Under the pieces are notes generated by a model, which worked only from the letters and a program-made list of their open reading frames with translations, had not been told where the DNA came from and made no database searches. DNA of 43,842 nt from the IMG/VR virus record IMGVR_UViG_3300035145_000697, positions 1 through 43,842 of that record; one strand, written 5' to 3'. The stretch comes from a virus (taxonomy: Duplodnaviria > Caudoviricetes). The position numbers and the translations under genes are program-made. Shown here in pieces: positions 25,801-35,246 of the stretch (positions within the stretch are counted from its first letter, which is position 1; every line of letters starts with the position of its first letter).

Positions 25801-27917
25801 CTCACAGACCATTTGATGGTGGTGTTCAACTAGGAACGGGTTCACCATCACACAGTGCTCAGGCAATTCGTCAGTCTAAGAAGTACATTAGATACCAGTC
25901 AGGTAAAGGTATCATGTATACCACTGGTGCTCTGTTCGCTCCTTCATATGACCTAAGACAAGTTACCGCTAATGGTATTGCTGTTGGTAGTATCATTACT
26001 GTTACCACAGATGATGTTGACCATGGTCTACAGGTCGGTGCAGAAATTGCACTTGATGGTATCAACACTGTTGGATATAACAACCACTATATTGTTGCAT
26101 CTATTGTTGATGAAATCACCTTCACTGTCCTTGCAGTAGAAACTCTTGGTAGTACAACTCCAACATTTGGTGAACAACCACAGCTTGCTCTTTATCAATG
26201 GAAAGGTGCTACTGTTAGATCTGGTGCTTTTGATGACCAGAACGGAATCTTCTTCCAGTATGACGGAACCAACCTTGCAGTTGGTTTGAGATCTTCTACA
26301 TTCCAGATTGCTGGTACAGTTTCTGCTACTCCTGATAGCAACGCAATTACAGGTGTTAACAGTAAATTTACTGAACAGTTGGTTGTTGGTGACAGAATTG
26401 TCATCAGAGGTATGACCCATGTGGTCACATCAATTCAAACTGACACCTTGATGACAGTCAACCCTGACTTCAGAGGAGTTGTTGCAGTTAACAATACTAA
26501 GTGTGCTCTAACTAAAGACATCATCATTCCACAGACACAGTGGAACATTGACAAGTGTGATGGAACTGGTAAGTCTGGTTACAACATCGAGATCAATAAG
26601 ATGCAGATGATCGGATTCCAGTATTCCTGGTATGGTGCTGGTTTCATTGACTGGATGTTCAGAGGTCCATCTGGTAACTTTGTCTTCTGTCACAGACTTA
26701 AGAACAACAACAGAAACCGTGAAGCATTCATGCGTTCAGGTAACCTACCCGTCCGTTATGAAGTTATCAACGAAGGTCCTAAGTCCTTCCTGACACAACA
26801 AATTGATGATGTATCAGTCGAACATCTAGATGTTGGTGATGTGTCTCTCTTCCCACCAACAGGTGTTGTCTATGTTGGTAACGAGTTGATTAGATATTCT
26901 ACTAAGAATAATACAACAAATAGACTTCTAGGTCTAACTAGAAATGCTAACTTGACCAACTATGTTGCAGGTGCAAACAGAACATACACTGCAGGCGCTC
27001 CAACACAACACTCTAAGAACTCGGGTGTCATTCTACTATCTAATACAGCAACTCCACAGATCAACCACTGGGGTTCTGCATTCCTAACTGATGGTGGATT
27101 TGACTCTGACCGTGGATACTTGTTCAACTATCAGGCGACTGAGGTTGAGATCTCTACGGTTAAAGAAACTCTGTTCCTCATCAGACTATCACCTAGTGTT
27201 TCTAACGCATTGACTGGTGATTTGGGTGAGAGAGAACTGATCAACAGAGCACAGTTGCTACTTAAGAACTGTGAGATCACGACTCAGGGTGGTACAAGTT
27301 CTCAGGGTGTTGTTGTTGAGGGTATTCTCAACCCAATCAACTATCCAACCAACCCAGCAGACATTGAATGGTTTGGTTTGAATACATCTGGATCTGGTGG
27401 ACAACCATCGTTTGCACAGATTGCATCTGGTGCAACAACAAACTGGTCAGGTGGTGGTTCTACCATCTCTGCTACCAACTCACGAACCCAGAACTACTAC
27501 GCTAACTGGGTTATCTTCCAGAGATCTGCTGTCAACGGCGTCGGCGTAGGTATGCAGGTGACTGGACCTAACCTACCTGGAGGAACCACGGTTACTAACA
27601 TTAGATACTACACTAGTTCTGAAGTTAGAATCTACTTCACTCAGCGTACTCGTGCAGGTACAGCTGGAGGTTCTACTTATGTGTTTGAAACTCCACCATA
27701 CGCTCAGCCTGGTGAGAGAGTCTTCTCCTTCGTGGCATCTCCTGGATCCAGAGATACAATTGATCTTTCTGAACTGAAGGAACTTACCAACACTCCAATT
27801 GGTGGTAGAGGTACATTCCCGAATGGTCCCGATGTTCTAGCAATCACTGTATATGCTACATCAGGTAACCCATTCAACGCTACGGTTAACTTGCGTTGGG
27901 CAGAAGCACAGGCATAA
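22881..27917 (+). CDS. Large virion structural protein (collar/fibre-like) immediately upstream of gp13
   Basis: 1678 aa, G/T/S-rich. DADFEYGxQPTKW, repeated HG(F/L)xxG and GxGY..G modules, RQSKKYIRYQSGKG. Occupies the T4 wac position. Confidence 0.7.
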   Translation: MAKRQLRDYAFKPGLSGLGTLKVLDKVNADQILLISNATANQILYNFSDATNQISVAFQATTDGSDPDFPFANTLSNGVTTITFLFDTSAFDLNDEIQIFVEDEVVRTRPYDFGTDAIERQRVSNTLSMLDADFEYGIQPTKWQTIDLMRGYPSSFEFPGADVEVSAIVTDASQGSGGVGPSLITIDTLLDHGFAVGDPITLKGVDDGVTGFAKAEGSFIISAVPQPDQFQFYAKGKVGTSPATSLFSGFIQLRKAGFYTGASLGSPQLTVASNGASGQFTTRGINTTGVNRIGIAVPGSAPPAGAPISGTNIAAGTQITGYVDTDTTIAITTSFTAPASQITLNETTDLEVGSALDDGTGNAIFVTNIEENTISLSSPYQADRTGNSFISSATSPTPVNFGLGSGAFITLERNAGAYENVVINPTTFFYEVAVSSYAGLGTNATFNIEKNAATGQYTNVFVSNIGSDYSATETIVIYGSLLGGDDTTHDISITINSVDANGGITGISATGTASSNNPNAGALYQVGERVVIYGNQLGGISPANDLELILTGVTASGGIDTFKAIGQGIPSNQDYLNVTGTTSGTGINASFGVQRTGSGIKTAQVDEIEVGGSVEVGDVFNVDITDTNSSTLENFSVTAVANDGLNEIRNGLIAAINDLSTGSAYVFAEAGGEGKVRITAISPGSAFTVAVSTFEGDASTADSQTLTHTNFIPNENTTTSPTYSATIGNPGSGYAPNDTITLNGGDLGGNNIEHDLTITVTSVDASGSITAFTLGGTAASGDATFDSLTPTSTAFNATFFPRITGGAYNPDIDNAGTGYQIGYQFTIGGEQLGGTSPANDMTITVTDVDFTNGAILAVSATGTPVSGDSIAFYPSVAISAPTTGNIANGATIVYAAIARIRAQFPNNHGLVPGNTILTAITSIGTGHDLAAGPFFVEEVPAPDEFIYTVRSTGTVSTSPTLAGSIYARPDCFYTHRPFDGGVQLGTGSPSHSAQAIRQSKKYIRYQSGKGIMYTTGALFAPSYDLRQVTANGIAVGSIITVTTDDVDHGLQVGAEIALDGINTVGYNNHYIVASIVDEITFTVLAVETLGSTTPTFGEQPQLALYQWKGATVRSGAFDDQNGIFFQYDGTNLAVGLRSSTFQIAGTVSATPDSNAITGVNSKFTEQLVVGDRIVIRGMTHVVTSIQTDTLMTVNPDFRGVVAVNNTKCALTKDIIIPQTQWNIDKCDGTGKSGYNIEINKMQMIGFQYSWYGAGFIDWMFRGPSGNFVFCHRLKNNNRNREAFMRSGNLPVRYEVINEGPKSFLTQQIDDVSVEHLDVGDVSLFPPTGVVYVGNELIRYSTKNNTTNRLLGLTRNANLTNYVAGANRTYTAGAPTQHSKNSGVILLSNTATPQINHWGSAFLTDGGFDSDRGYLFNYQATEVEISTVKETLFLIRLSPSVSNALTGDLGERELINRAQLLLKNCEITTQGGTSSQGVVVEGILNPINYPTNPADIEWFGLNTSGSGGQPSFAQIASGATTNWSGGGSTISATNSRTQNYYANWVIFQRSAVNGVGVGMQVTGPNLPGGTTVTNIRYYTSSEVRIYFTQRTRAGTAGGSTYVFETPPYAQPGERVFSFVASPGSRDTIDLSELKELTNTPIGGRGTFPNGPDVLAITVYATSGNPFNATVNLRWAEAQA

Positions 27918-27929
27918 TAGGAGGCAGTA

Positions 27930-28736
27930 ATGGCACAACCAGCCAGTCGATCAGAACTCAGGGACTACTGCCTCAGACAACTTGGCGCACCAGTTCTTGA
28001 AATCAATGTAGATGATGACCAGATTGATGACGCTATTGATGACGCTCTCCAATACTATAGAGAGCGTCACTTTGATGGTGTCGAAAGAATGTACTTGAAG
28101 CATCAATTTACTGATGCTGATAAGACAAAGTTTGCAACTCCACAGACTCAGACTGATACTATCAACAGTACAGACTGGGAAAGAACTGATAACTATCTTG
28201 ATATTCCTCCACATGTTGTTGGAATCTCAAAAGTATTTGGTCTGAATAGTAATACTATCCGTAACAATCTATTTGGACTAGAGTATCAAATTTTTCTAAA
28301 CGATCTATATGCGTTTGGATCACTTGATATTCTCAACTATTTTATGATCAAACAATATCTAGAGACCATGGATATGGTTCTCAACAATGGATCTTTCATT
28401 GAGTATAGATTTAATCAGCGTCAAGATAGATTATATCTTGATGTAGATGAATCGATGATCAATCCAGATAACTATTTGATCATTGATTGTTATAGAGCTC
28501 TAGACCCTGACTCGTTTGTTCAGACTTATAACGATCCATTTGTAAAAAAGTACGCTACTTCTCTAATTAAGAAGCAGTGGGGACAAAACTTAATCAAGTT
28601 TAATGGAGTAACTCTTCCTGGTGGAGTATCCTTAAACGGTAGAGAGTTGTATCAAGATGCAATCACAGAGATAGCAGAAATGATGGCAGCATCTGCTAGC
28701 ACATACGAACTGCCCCCACTAGATATGATCGGATGA
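27930..28736 (+). CDS. gp13: Neck protein gp13
   Basis: YCLRQLGAPVLEINVDDDQIDD, KQWGQNLIKF.GV.LPGGV.LNG motifs; AGGAGG RBS; synteny. Confidence 0.93.
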   Translation: MAQPASRSELRDYCLRQLGAPVLEINVDDDQIDDAIDDALQYYRERHFDGVERMYLKHQFTDADKTKFATPQTQTDTINSTDWERTDNYLDIPPHVVGISKVFGLNSNTIRNNLFGLEYQIFLNDLYAFGSLDILNYFMIKQYLETMDMVLNNGSFIEYRFNQRQDRLYLDVDESMINPDNYLIIDCYRALDPDSFVQTYNDPFVKKYATSLIKKQWGQNLIKFNGVTLPGGVSLNGRELYQDAITEIAEMMAASASTYELPPLDMIG

Positions 28737-29614
28737 AAAGTATCTATTTTCCTCAGCATGGTGGTATTGGATCTGAGCAGTCGCTCATCCAAAACCTAGT
28801 AGACGAACAGATAAAACTGTTCGGTACGGATGTGTATTATCTTCCAAGGAAGATGATCATGGACAAAACTCTAGATGACATTTTATATTCTGAGTTCAAG
28901 ACTCAGTATATGATTGAGATGCTTCTAGTAAATGTTGAAGGATTTGGATCTCCATCAGAATTTGTAAGTAAGTTTGGTCTTCGTATCACAGATGAAATCA
29001 CTTTTGTGGTTTCTAAAAATAGATGGAGTCATGTATTCCAAGAGTTTGCTGACATCACTACTGTTGATGGCAGACCTAATGAAGGTGATCTGATCTACTA
29101 TCCACTGACTCAGGACCTGTACGAAATTAAATTTGTAGAAAGAGAAGCACCATTCTATCAACTAGGTCAGACATACATCTATCAGATGACTGCAGAAATC
29201 TACGAGGTTGGTAGTGATACATTTGAAACTGGTATTCCAACCATCGATACAATTGAGGAAGAGCAATCTATCTCGATTGAGTTGCAGATGGATACCGCAG
29301 GAACTGGAGATTACCATCTAAGTGAGACTGTCACTGGTTCTACATCTGGTGTCACTGCAGAGGTTTCCTTCTGGGATCGTGATACTGATGTACTGACCCT
29401 AATAAATAGGACTGGTAACTTTGTTACTGGGGAGACATTAACTGGCGGCGAATCTGGTACTGCTAGAGCAATCACAACTGTCGATAATTTATCGATGGAA
29501 AATGAAGGATATGCACAGAACAGAGAAATCGAAGATGAAGCTGACGATCTAATTGATTGGGGTGAAATCAATCCATTTGGTGAGTTTGGTAATTTTACAA
29601 CAGGTGACTTCTGA
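28733..29614 (+). CDS. gp14: Neck protein gp14
   Basis: EQIKLFGTDVYYLPR, SKFGL, RPNEGDLIYYP, FYQLG, NPFG motifs; synteny. Confidence 0.93.
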   Translation: MKSIYFPQHGGIGSEQSLIQNLVDEQIKLFGTDVYYLPRKMIMDKTLDDILYSEFKTQYMIEMLLVNVEGFGSPSEFVSKFGLRITDEITFVVSKNRWSHVFQEFADITTVDGRPNEGDLIYYPLTQDLYEIKFVEREAPFYQLGQTYIYQMTAEIYEVGSDTFETGIPTIDTIEEEQSISIELQMDTAGTGDYHLSETVTGSTSGVTAEVSFWDRDTDVLTLINRTGNFVTGETLTGGESGTARAITTVDNLSMENEGYAQNREIEDEADDLIDWGEINPFGEFGNFTTGDF

Positions 29615-30420
29615 TGTTGGGACCACATTTTTATAACGAGGCAATTCGTAAGACTGTAATTGCTTTCGGAACACTTTTTAATAACATAGAACTTCGTAAG
29701 AAAAATCCCGAAGACAACACTGTCATTGAGTCTACGAAGGTTCCACTGGCATATGGACCGAAGCAGAAGTTCCTAACCAGACTGGAAGAAAACCCAACCA
29801 CAAGAAAGGTTGCTATTACACTACCAAGACTCTACTTTGAGTTGGTAGATGTATCCTATGATTCAAATAGGAAGACAAGTTCTATACAAAAAACTAGAGC
29901 ATCTAAACCAGCAGAAGATGATGCTAGTGAAATCAGAGTACAATATGTACCAGTACCCTATGATCTAACTTTTGAGTTAGGTATCATTGCAAAGTCTAGT
30001 GATGATGGACTACAAATTTTAGAACAGATTCTTCCATACTTTCAACCAGCATTTAATGTCACGGTTAATTTCATTCCAGATATGGATGAAAAGCGTGACA
30101 TTGCAGTGCAACTCAACAATGTAAACTATGAAGATGACTGGGATGACAGTTTCCTAGACAGAAGAAGTATTGTATGGACACTCAGTTTCACAGTTAAGTC
30201 TTACATCTACGGTCCTTACAGCAAGGCAGAGGTTATTCGTAAGGCGAGAATTATTGAGACTCTTGGTGATAAGAATGTCAGCAAGAGACAAGCAGAACTA
30301 TCTTACTCACCAAAAGCATTGGAGGATAAGAATCAGGATGGTGTCATCGATGCAGCAGATGATGCACTAGTTGTCAGCACAGACGACTTTGGATTCAATG
30401 AAGGGTTTGAGGTATTATGA
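29614..30420 (+). CDS. gp15: Tail sheath stabilizer/terminator gp15
   Basis: FGTLFNNI, VPLAYGPKQKF, LPR, PVPY, QILEQILPYFQP motifs; synteny. Confidence 0.93.
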   Translation: MLGPHFYNEAIRKTVIAFGTLFNNIELRKKNPEDNTVIESTKVPLAYGPKQKFLTRLEENPTTRKVAITLPRLYFELVDVSYDSNRKTSSIQKTRASKPAEDDASEIRVQYVPVPYDLTFELGIIAKSSDDGLQILEQILPYFQPAFNVTVNFIPDMDEKRDIAVQLNNVNYEDDWDDSFLDRRSIVWTLSFTVKSYIYGPYSKAEVIRKARIIETLGDKNVSKRQAELSYSPKALEDKNQDGVIDAADDALVVSTDDFGFNEGFEVL

Positions 30421-30833
30421 GTAGTCTAGAAGAAAATATGGAAGACATTCTCAACATTGATACTGAAGTTGTTGAGGAAAGTAAACCAATCAAACCTGTT
30501 CCTCCCAAAACTGACAAGGATGACAGGACAAAAGATTACGAGTATACTAGGGGTGAACTATACTCACTCATAGATCAGGGTCAGGAGGCGGTCAGAGGTG
30601 CCTTAGAGGTTGCTCAGGAGTCAGGGCACCCAAGAGCGTATGAAGTCGCTGTGGCGGCAATGAAGCATGTCGCTGATATGACAGAGAAGCTTCAGGACCT
30701 ACATAAGAAGATGAAGGATCTTGATGCTGAAGCAAAGAAGGGTCCATCTTCTGTCACTAACAATGCAATGTTTGTCGGTAGCACGACTGAGTTACAAAAA
30801 ATGCTCAAAGAGATGGGAGGCGGCAAGCGATGA
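30417..30833 (+). CDS. gp16: Terminase small subunit gp16
   Basis: DYEYTR..L, HPRAYEV, NNAMFVGSTTELQKML motifs. Confidence 0.93.
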   Translation: MSSLEENMEDILNIDTEVVEESKPIKPVPPKTDKDDRTKDYEYTRGELYSLIDQGQEAVRGALEVAQESGHPRAYEVAVAAMKHVADMTEKLQDLHKKMKDLDAEAKKGPSSVTNNAMFVGSTTELQKMLKEMGGGKR

Positions 30834-31108
30834 AAAATTATAAAGAATTTAAAGAACTTGCGGAAGCAGCATGGACTCGCAAGGAAGGAAAGAATAAATC
30901 AGGTGGTTTGAATGAAAAAGGAAGAAAGTCCTACGAGAAAGAAAATCCAGGAAGCGATCTTAAGAGACCTTCAAAGAAAGTTGGGAACCCTCGTAGAGCG
31001 AGCTTTTGTGCGAGAATGAAAGGCATGAAAAAGAAGTTGACTTCTAAGAAAACTGCTAATGATAAAGACAGCAGAATCAATAAGTCTCTTCGTGCTTGGA
31101 ATTGCTGA
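30830..31108 (+). CDS. Small basic protein, candidate internal head protein
   Basis: Very Lys/Arg-rich (RRASFCARM...SLRAWNC). N-terminus MKNYKEFKELAE resembles T4 capsid-targeting sequences. Confidence 0.65.
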   Translation: MKNYKEFKELAEAAWTRKEGKNKSGGLNEKGRKSYEKENPGSDLKRPSKKVGNPRRASFCARMKGMKKKLTSKKTANDKDSRINKSLRAWNC

Positions 31109-31134
31109 CAAACTTCTTAAAATATTATTAAAAT

Positions 31135-31163
31135 TTGCGAAAACTGTTTGACATACCTATAAT
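31135..31163 (+). promoter_or_regulatory. Host sigma70-like (early) promoter for the AMG island
   Basis: TTGCGA-17 nt-TATAAT in an AT-rich gap. Confidence 0.6.
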
Positions 31164-31186
31164 TAATTATGAGTTTTGAAGTGACG

Positions 31187-31339
31187 ATGCGACTTAACGA
31201 CGCAGACCTTTTCCGCCTTATCGAAGCCTGTAAACTCTACCAAGAGAAGACAGGTTCCGAATACATGTGGGATCAATATGATGATTTAATTAATAAACTC
31301 AGGGTATATCAAGAACAATATTCGGTTGATTACGAATGA
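31187..31339 (+). CDS. Small hypothetical protein (50 aa; not in the ORF track)
   Basis: MRLNDADLFRLIEACKLYQEKTGSEYMWDQYDDLINKLRVYQEQYSVDYE*. Fills the gap after the promoter; its TGA overlaps the petE ATG. Alternative start at 31169. Confidence 0.7.
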   Translation: MRLNDADLFRLIEACKLYQEKTGSEYMWDQYDDLINKLRVYQEQYSVDYE

Positions 31340-31659
31340 AGTTTATTTTCGCATTTTTAGCTACACTATTTCTTGCATCTCCAGCATGGGCTGTAGATGT
31401 AATCATGGGTTCTAACGGGAACCTAGTTTTTGATCCAGCGGAGATTACTATCTCTGCAGGTGATACGGTCCATTTTGAAAACAACATGCTGCCACCACAC
31501 AATATTATTGTGGAGGGTCGCCCTGATCTATCCAGAGAATCATTGATGTTCTCTCCTGGTGAATCCCAGGACATTACATTTACTGATGTTGGCGACTACG
31601 AATACTGGTGTGGTCCTCACAAAGGTGCGGGCATGATCGGCACAGTACATGTAGAATGA
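31336..31659 (+). CDS. petE: Plastocyanin
   Basis: Signal peptide ending AWA; LVFDP, GDTV.F, PPHN and YWCGPHKGAGM type-1 copper ligands. Confidence 0.96.
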   Translation: MKFIFAFLATLFLASPAWAVDVIMGSNGNLVFDPAEITISAGDTVHFENNMLPPHNIIVEGRPDLSRESLMFSPGESQDITFTDVGDYEYWCGPHKGAGMIGTVHVE

Positions 31660-32162
31660 AAAAATTCAACACTGTTGTTTTAAACATCACTGTTGCGATA
31701 CTAGACTTCCTTTATAGAGGGAGGGACTACCAGAGATTCTGGGTGCTTGAGGAAATTGCTCGGGCACCCTACTTTGCGTTTCTAAGTGTCTTACATTTCC
31801 GAGAGAGTATGGGTCTTCGCGGACCCGAACACCTTTATCTAATGAAAGAACACTTCGACCAAAGTATTAATGAAACTGAACATCTGGAATATATGGAAAG
31901 CAGGGGCGGTAATGCTTATTTTATCGATCGCTTTGTTGCCAAACACCTCGTCCTTATCTATTATTGGGTCAATGTGGTTTATTACTGGTTGGCTCCTAAG
32001 TCTGCATACCATCTGTCGTATGAAGTAGAAATTCATGCAGCAGAAACATATGCAAAATACTTAGCACTTAACGGTCCTGATGACAAGATCCTTGAGATCT
32101 TGAATGATGAACTATCACATAGTAATGAATTACTAAAAGCAATGGAGATTATTAATGTCTAA
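31656..32162 (+). CDS. ptoX: Plastoquinol terminal oxidase
   Basis: RFWVLEEIARAPYFAFLSVLH, NETEH, E.HA..TY, DELSH diiron motifs. ATGA-coupled start. Confidence 0.94.
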   Translation: MKKFNTVVLNITVAILDFLYRGRDYQRFWVLEEIARAPYFAFLSVLHFRESMGLRGPEHLYLMKEHFDQSINETEHLEYMESRGGNAYFIDRFVAKHLVLIYYWVNVVYYWLAPKSAYHLSYEVEIHAAETYAKYLALNGPDDKILEILNDELSHSNELLKAMEIINV

Positions 32163-32382
32163 AGAATGGTGGTGGCGCGGTCAGAAGGTTGAACCGCCAC
32201 AACATACAACTAAAGAAGAAGTACAGGAGATGATTGATGATGCAATACGAAAGCATAATCGTAATGCTGGGATTATTTCAATGCTTGTTGGCTGGGTTGT
32301 TCTTGCACTTTTTGCTGAGGGTCTGCTTCGACTTATCGGAGTGATACCACCGCTACTACCATGGCTACAGATTCAGTTATAA
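32155..32382 (+). CDS. Small membrane protein
   Basis: EVQEMIDDAIRKHNRNA followed by a hydrophobic helix; GGAG RBS. Confidence 0.7.
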   Translation: MSKEWWWRGQKVEPPQHTTKEEVQEMIDDAIRKHNRNAGIISMLVGWVVLALFAEGLLRLIGVIPPLLPWLQIQL

Positions 32383-32549
32383 TACTGCAATGGATACTAG
32401 TTGTAGTTGTATTCTTTGTCGGAGTATCTTTATTCTGTCAAGGACATGCAATTATACACGGTAGGTTTGGGTATAGACACTCTGAAAGAGAAAGGAAGAA
32501 ACTCCAAGATACCCGAAAGCAAATTGAAAAATTGCTAAAAGACAAATGA
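32361..32549 (+). CDS. Small membrane protein
   Basis: N-terminal TM helix and basic tail; tiles the operon. Confidence 0.6.
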   Translation: MATDSVIILQWILVVVVFFVGVSLFCQGHAIIHGRFGYRHSERERKKLQDTRKQIEKLLKDK

Positions 32550-32782
32550 AAAAGAAAACCGAGGAAGAGCGGAAGAAAGAAGTAGAACGGATCGCTAAAC
32601 ACATTCATCCACATGATGATGAACCAGATCCTACTGCTCACATGGGAAACTACAACTTTCCCCAGATGCTTTTCGCTTTCTGTCTAGGTTTCTGTACTAT
32701 GTTTGTCTTGGCAGTAGATGAAATAAATGATTTCAAGGGATGTCCACTCCCAGAATATTTCCAAAATGAGGTAAAAGGATGA
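32546..32782 (+). CDS. Small hypothetical membrane protein
   Basis: Charged N-terminus, HIHPHDDEPDP, one TM segment; coupled to gnd. Confidence 0.7.
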   Translation: MKKKTEEERKKEVERIAKHIHPHDDEPDPTAHMGNYNFPQMLFAFCLGFCTMFVLAVDEINDFKGCPLPEYFQNEVKG

Positions 32783-33813
32783 AAGTAGGTATCATTGGTC
32801 TCGGAAGAATGGGCGAGGGCATGTCTCGTCGCATGATGAAGACTGGTATTGAGACAGTAGGTTATCGTAGAAATTATGAAAAAGCAAAGCAGGCAGCAGA
32901 AAGTGGGTATATTACTTCAGCTGCAGATACTTTGGAAAGCCTTGTTCAAGTAGTTAAAACTACAGACTCAGGCAAATATCAACCTGGCATCTTCATGATG
33001 GTGGTGCCAGCAGAAACAGTAGAGGATACAATCAATGAGCTACTATCTTTTTGTAGTGAAGGAGATATTATTATTGATCATGGCAATAGTAATTTTAAGG
33101 ATACCCGCCGCAGGGCACAACGCTTGGAAAAACTGGGCATCCAGTATCTTGACTGCGGCACTAGTGGTGGTGTTTACGGCTTGGACCGTGGATACTGTCT
33201 TATGGTTGGTGGTGCAAATACTGCAGTATCCGTCTGCGCTCCTATCTTTAGGGCACTCGCACCAGGAGTTGCCGCTGCCGAACGTACCGATCCTCTAAGT
33301 CATTTCACATCAGCAGAGCACGGTTGGTTACACTGTGGACCAGCAGGTGCAGGTCACTTTACAAAGATGGTCCATAACGGCATCGAGTATGGTATTATGC
33401 AAGCATATGCCGAAGGATTTAATATTCTACACGAAGGAAATGCGGGTGCGAAATATGTCAAGGAAGGAGATGCTGAGGTTGCTCCAATGGACAACCCAGA
33501 AGATTATTGCTATGACATTGATGTTGCTGAAGTGGCTGAGCTTTGGCGTCGTGGTAGCGTTGTTGGCAGTTGGTTACTTGACCTTACCGCTGATGTACTA
33601 CGCCGCGATAACGAGCTTAGCGGATACGATGGGGGAGTATCAGACAGTGGTGAAGGTCGTTGGACTGTCCACGCTGCTGTGGATCTCGGTGTTCCAGCCC
33701 CTGTTATTTCTTCTGCTCTATACTCCAGATTCGAGTCGCGACGACTCGGACGCTTCGCAAATAAAGTCCTAAATGGTATGAGAGCGATGTTCGGAGGACA
33801 TGATGTTAGGTGA
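32779..33813 (+). CDS. gnd: 6-phosphogluconate dehydrogenase (short form)
   Basis: GIIGLGRMG, DHGNS, DCGTSGG, GAGHFTKMVHNGIEYG, DSGEGRW, MRAMFGGH motifs. Confidence 0.96.
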   Translation: MKVGIIGLGRMGEGMSRRMMKTGIETVGYRRNYEKAKQAAESGYITSAADTLESLVQVVKTTDSGKYQPGIFMMVVPAETVEDTINELLSFCSEGDIIIDHGNSNFKDTRRRAQRLEKLGIQYLDCGTSGGVYGLDRGYCLMVGGANTAVSVCAPIFRALAPGVAAAERTDPLSHFTSAEHGWLHCGPAGAGHFTKMVHNGIEYGIMQAYAEGFNILHEGNAGAKYVKEGDAEVAPMDNPEDYCYDIDVAEVAELWRRGSVVGSWLLDLTADVLRRDNELSGYDGGVSDSGEGRWTVHAAVDLGVPAPVISSALYSRFESRRLGRFANKVLNGMRAMFGGHDVR

Positions 33814-33931
33814 ATTCATTCTATGGCTTGCACCGATCTTTGTATGTTCCACCATCGCATTTGGAAGATATAAAGGCGAAAATAACTATTATGACTCGGA
33901 CGACTACACAGGAAATGGAACCGCTCACTAG
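33803..33931 (+). CDS. ndhP: NDH-1 small subunit NdhP homolog (42 aa; not in the ORF track)
   Basis: MLGEFILWLAPIFVCSTIAFGRYKGENNYYDSDDYTGNGTAH*: one TM helix plus a tail matching the cyanobacterial NdhP C-terminus (recalled as FYDTDQYHGNGSAH). GGAGG RBS at 33793. Confidence 0.82.
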   Translation: MLGEFILWLAPIFVCSTIAFGRYKGENNYYDSDDYTGNGTAH

Positions 33932-35246
33932 GGGCATTGTTATCTTCGGAGCAACGGGAGACCTATGCAAGAAGAAACTAATTCCCGCACTCTACAAACT
34001 CTGGTTGAAAGATCTTCTGCCAGATAATTTTGTTATTACTGGTTGTGCTAGAAGACAACCAACTGCAGCACAATGGAAAGAATCTCTTGGTTATTATCCT
34101 GATGAATTTCTACATCATCTAGATTACATCTCAGCGGACTTGGACAATGTTGATACTCTGCGCCACCTTCCTGATTACCTTCACGATAATACTTACTTCT
34201 TATCTGTTCCTCCCGAAAGGTATGCTAACGCAATTATCAATCTTAAAGAGGCGGGTAAGCTCGATGACCCAAACCACACCAGAGTTGTTATTGAGAAACC
34301 TTTTGGGACCGATTATCAATCTGCTGATAGTCTACAGTCTGTGGTGGAGCGACATCTACGCGAGAAACAAGTATATCGCATTGACCATTATCTTGGCAAA
34401 GATACTGTTAATAACATACTTGCTACTAGGTTTAGTAATATTCTGCTGGAACCACTTTGGAATCGCGAGTACATAGATGAGGTTCAGATCTTTGCATCAG
34501 AGACTATTGGATGTGAAGGTCGCTCTCAATACTATGAGACTGCTGGTGCAGTCCGTGACATGCTACAGAATCATATCTTACAAGTCCTTGCTCTCGTAGC
34601 AATGGAACCACCTAGCAAGATGAATGCTAGGGAAGTAAGACGTGAGAAGACAAAGGTGCTTGCCGCCACTAGACTAGGTACAAATTTAATTCTCGGACAG
34701 TATGATGGCTACCGTAATGAAGAGGGCGTTGATTCTAACAGTCGTACTCCTACCTATTTTGCTGGGTCTCTATTCGTCGATAACTGGCGTTGGCAGGGAG
34801 TTCCTTTTAACGTCATGACTGGTAAGAAATTACCATATCAATGCGTTGAAGTAGTCATCAAACTAAAAGCACCACCACTCAAATTATATGAGGGTGAGAC
34901 TAATGACCGTATTGTCATGCGTCTTCAACCCAACCCCCACCTTGATATCCGTATGGATATTAAGTCTCCTGGTCTGAATGATGATCTGGAGGAAGCAACT
35001 CTAACACACGACTACCCACAAGATAGAGCAATTGATGGTTACGAAAAACTTCTTTACGATGCTATCAATGGAGACCAGTCACATTTTGTCCACGCTGACG
35101 AAGTTATGGAATCCTGGAGAATCGTTGATGACCTTCTCTGTACTGGTGACAGTTGTCCCATTCGTACTGTTCCTTACATCTATATGGGTGGTTGGGGACC
35201 GACACACAAAGTAAACTTTATCACAGATTGGGATTACCCAGCATGA
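33915..35246 (+). CDS. zwf: Glucose-6-phosphate dehydrogenase
   Basis: IFGATGDL, EKPFG, RIDHYLGK, RDMLQNH, NWRWQGVPF motifs. Start placed at ATG 33915 because the longer extension overlaps ndhP. Confidence 0.95.
   Translation: MEPLTRGIVIFGATGDLCKKKLIPALYKLWLKDLLPDNFVITGCARRQPTAAQWKESLGYYPDEFLHHLDYISADLDNVDTLRHLPDYLHDNTYFLSVPPERYANAIINLKEAGKLDDPNHTRVVIEKPFGTDYQSADSLQSVVERHLREKQVYRIDHYLGKDTVNNILATRFSNILLEPLWNREYIDEVQIFASETIGCEGRSQYYETAGAVRDMLQNHILQVLALVAMEPPSKMNAREVRREKTKVLAATRLGTNLILGQYDGYRNEEGVDSNSRTPTYFAGSLFVDNWRWQGVPFNVMTGKKLPYQCVEVVIKLKAPPLKLYEGETNDRIVMRLQPNPHLDIRMDIKSPGLNDDLEEATLTHDYPQDRAIDGYEKLLYDAINGDQSHFVHADEVMESWRIVDDLLCTGDSCPIRTVPYIYMGGWGPTHKVNFITDWDYPA

Noticed and set aside
31148-31153. 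TTGACA as the -35 box
   Set aside because: No -10 box at 16-18 nt spacing; TTGCGA/TATAAT fits better.
33810-33914. 35-aa N-terminal extension of Zwf
   Set aside because: The region is better explained by the ndhP-like ORF in another frame.
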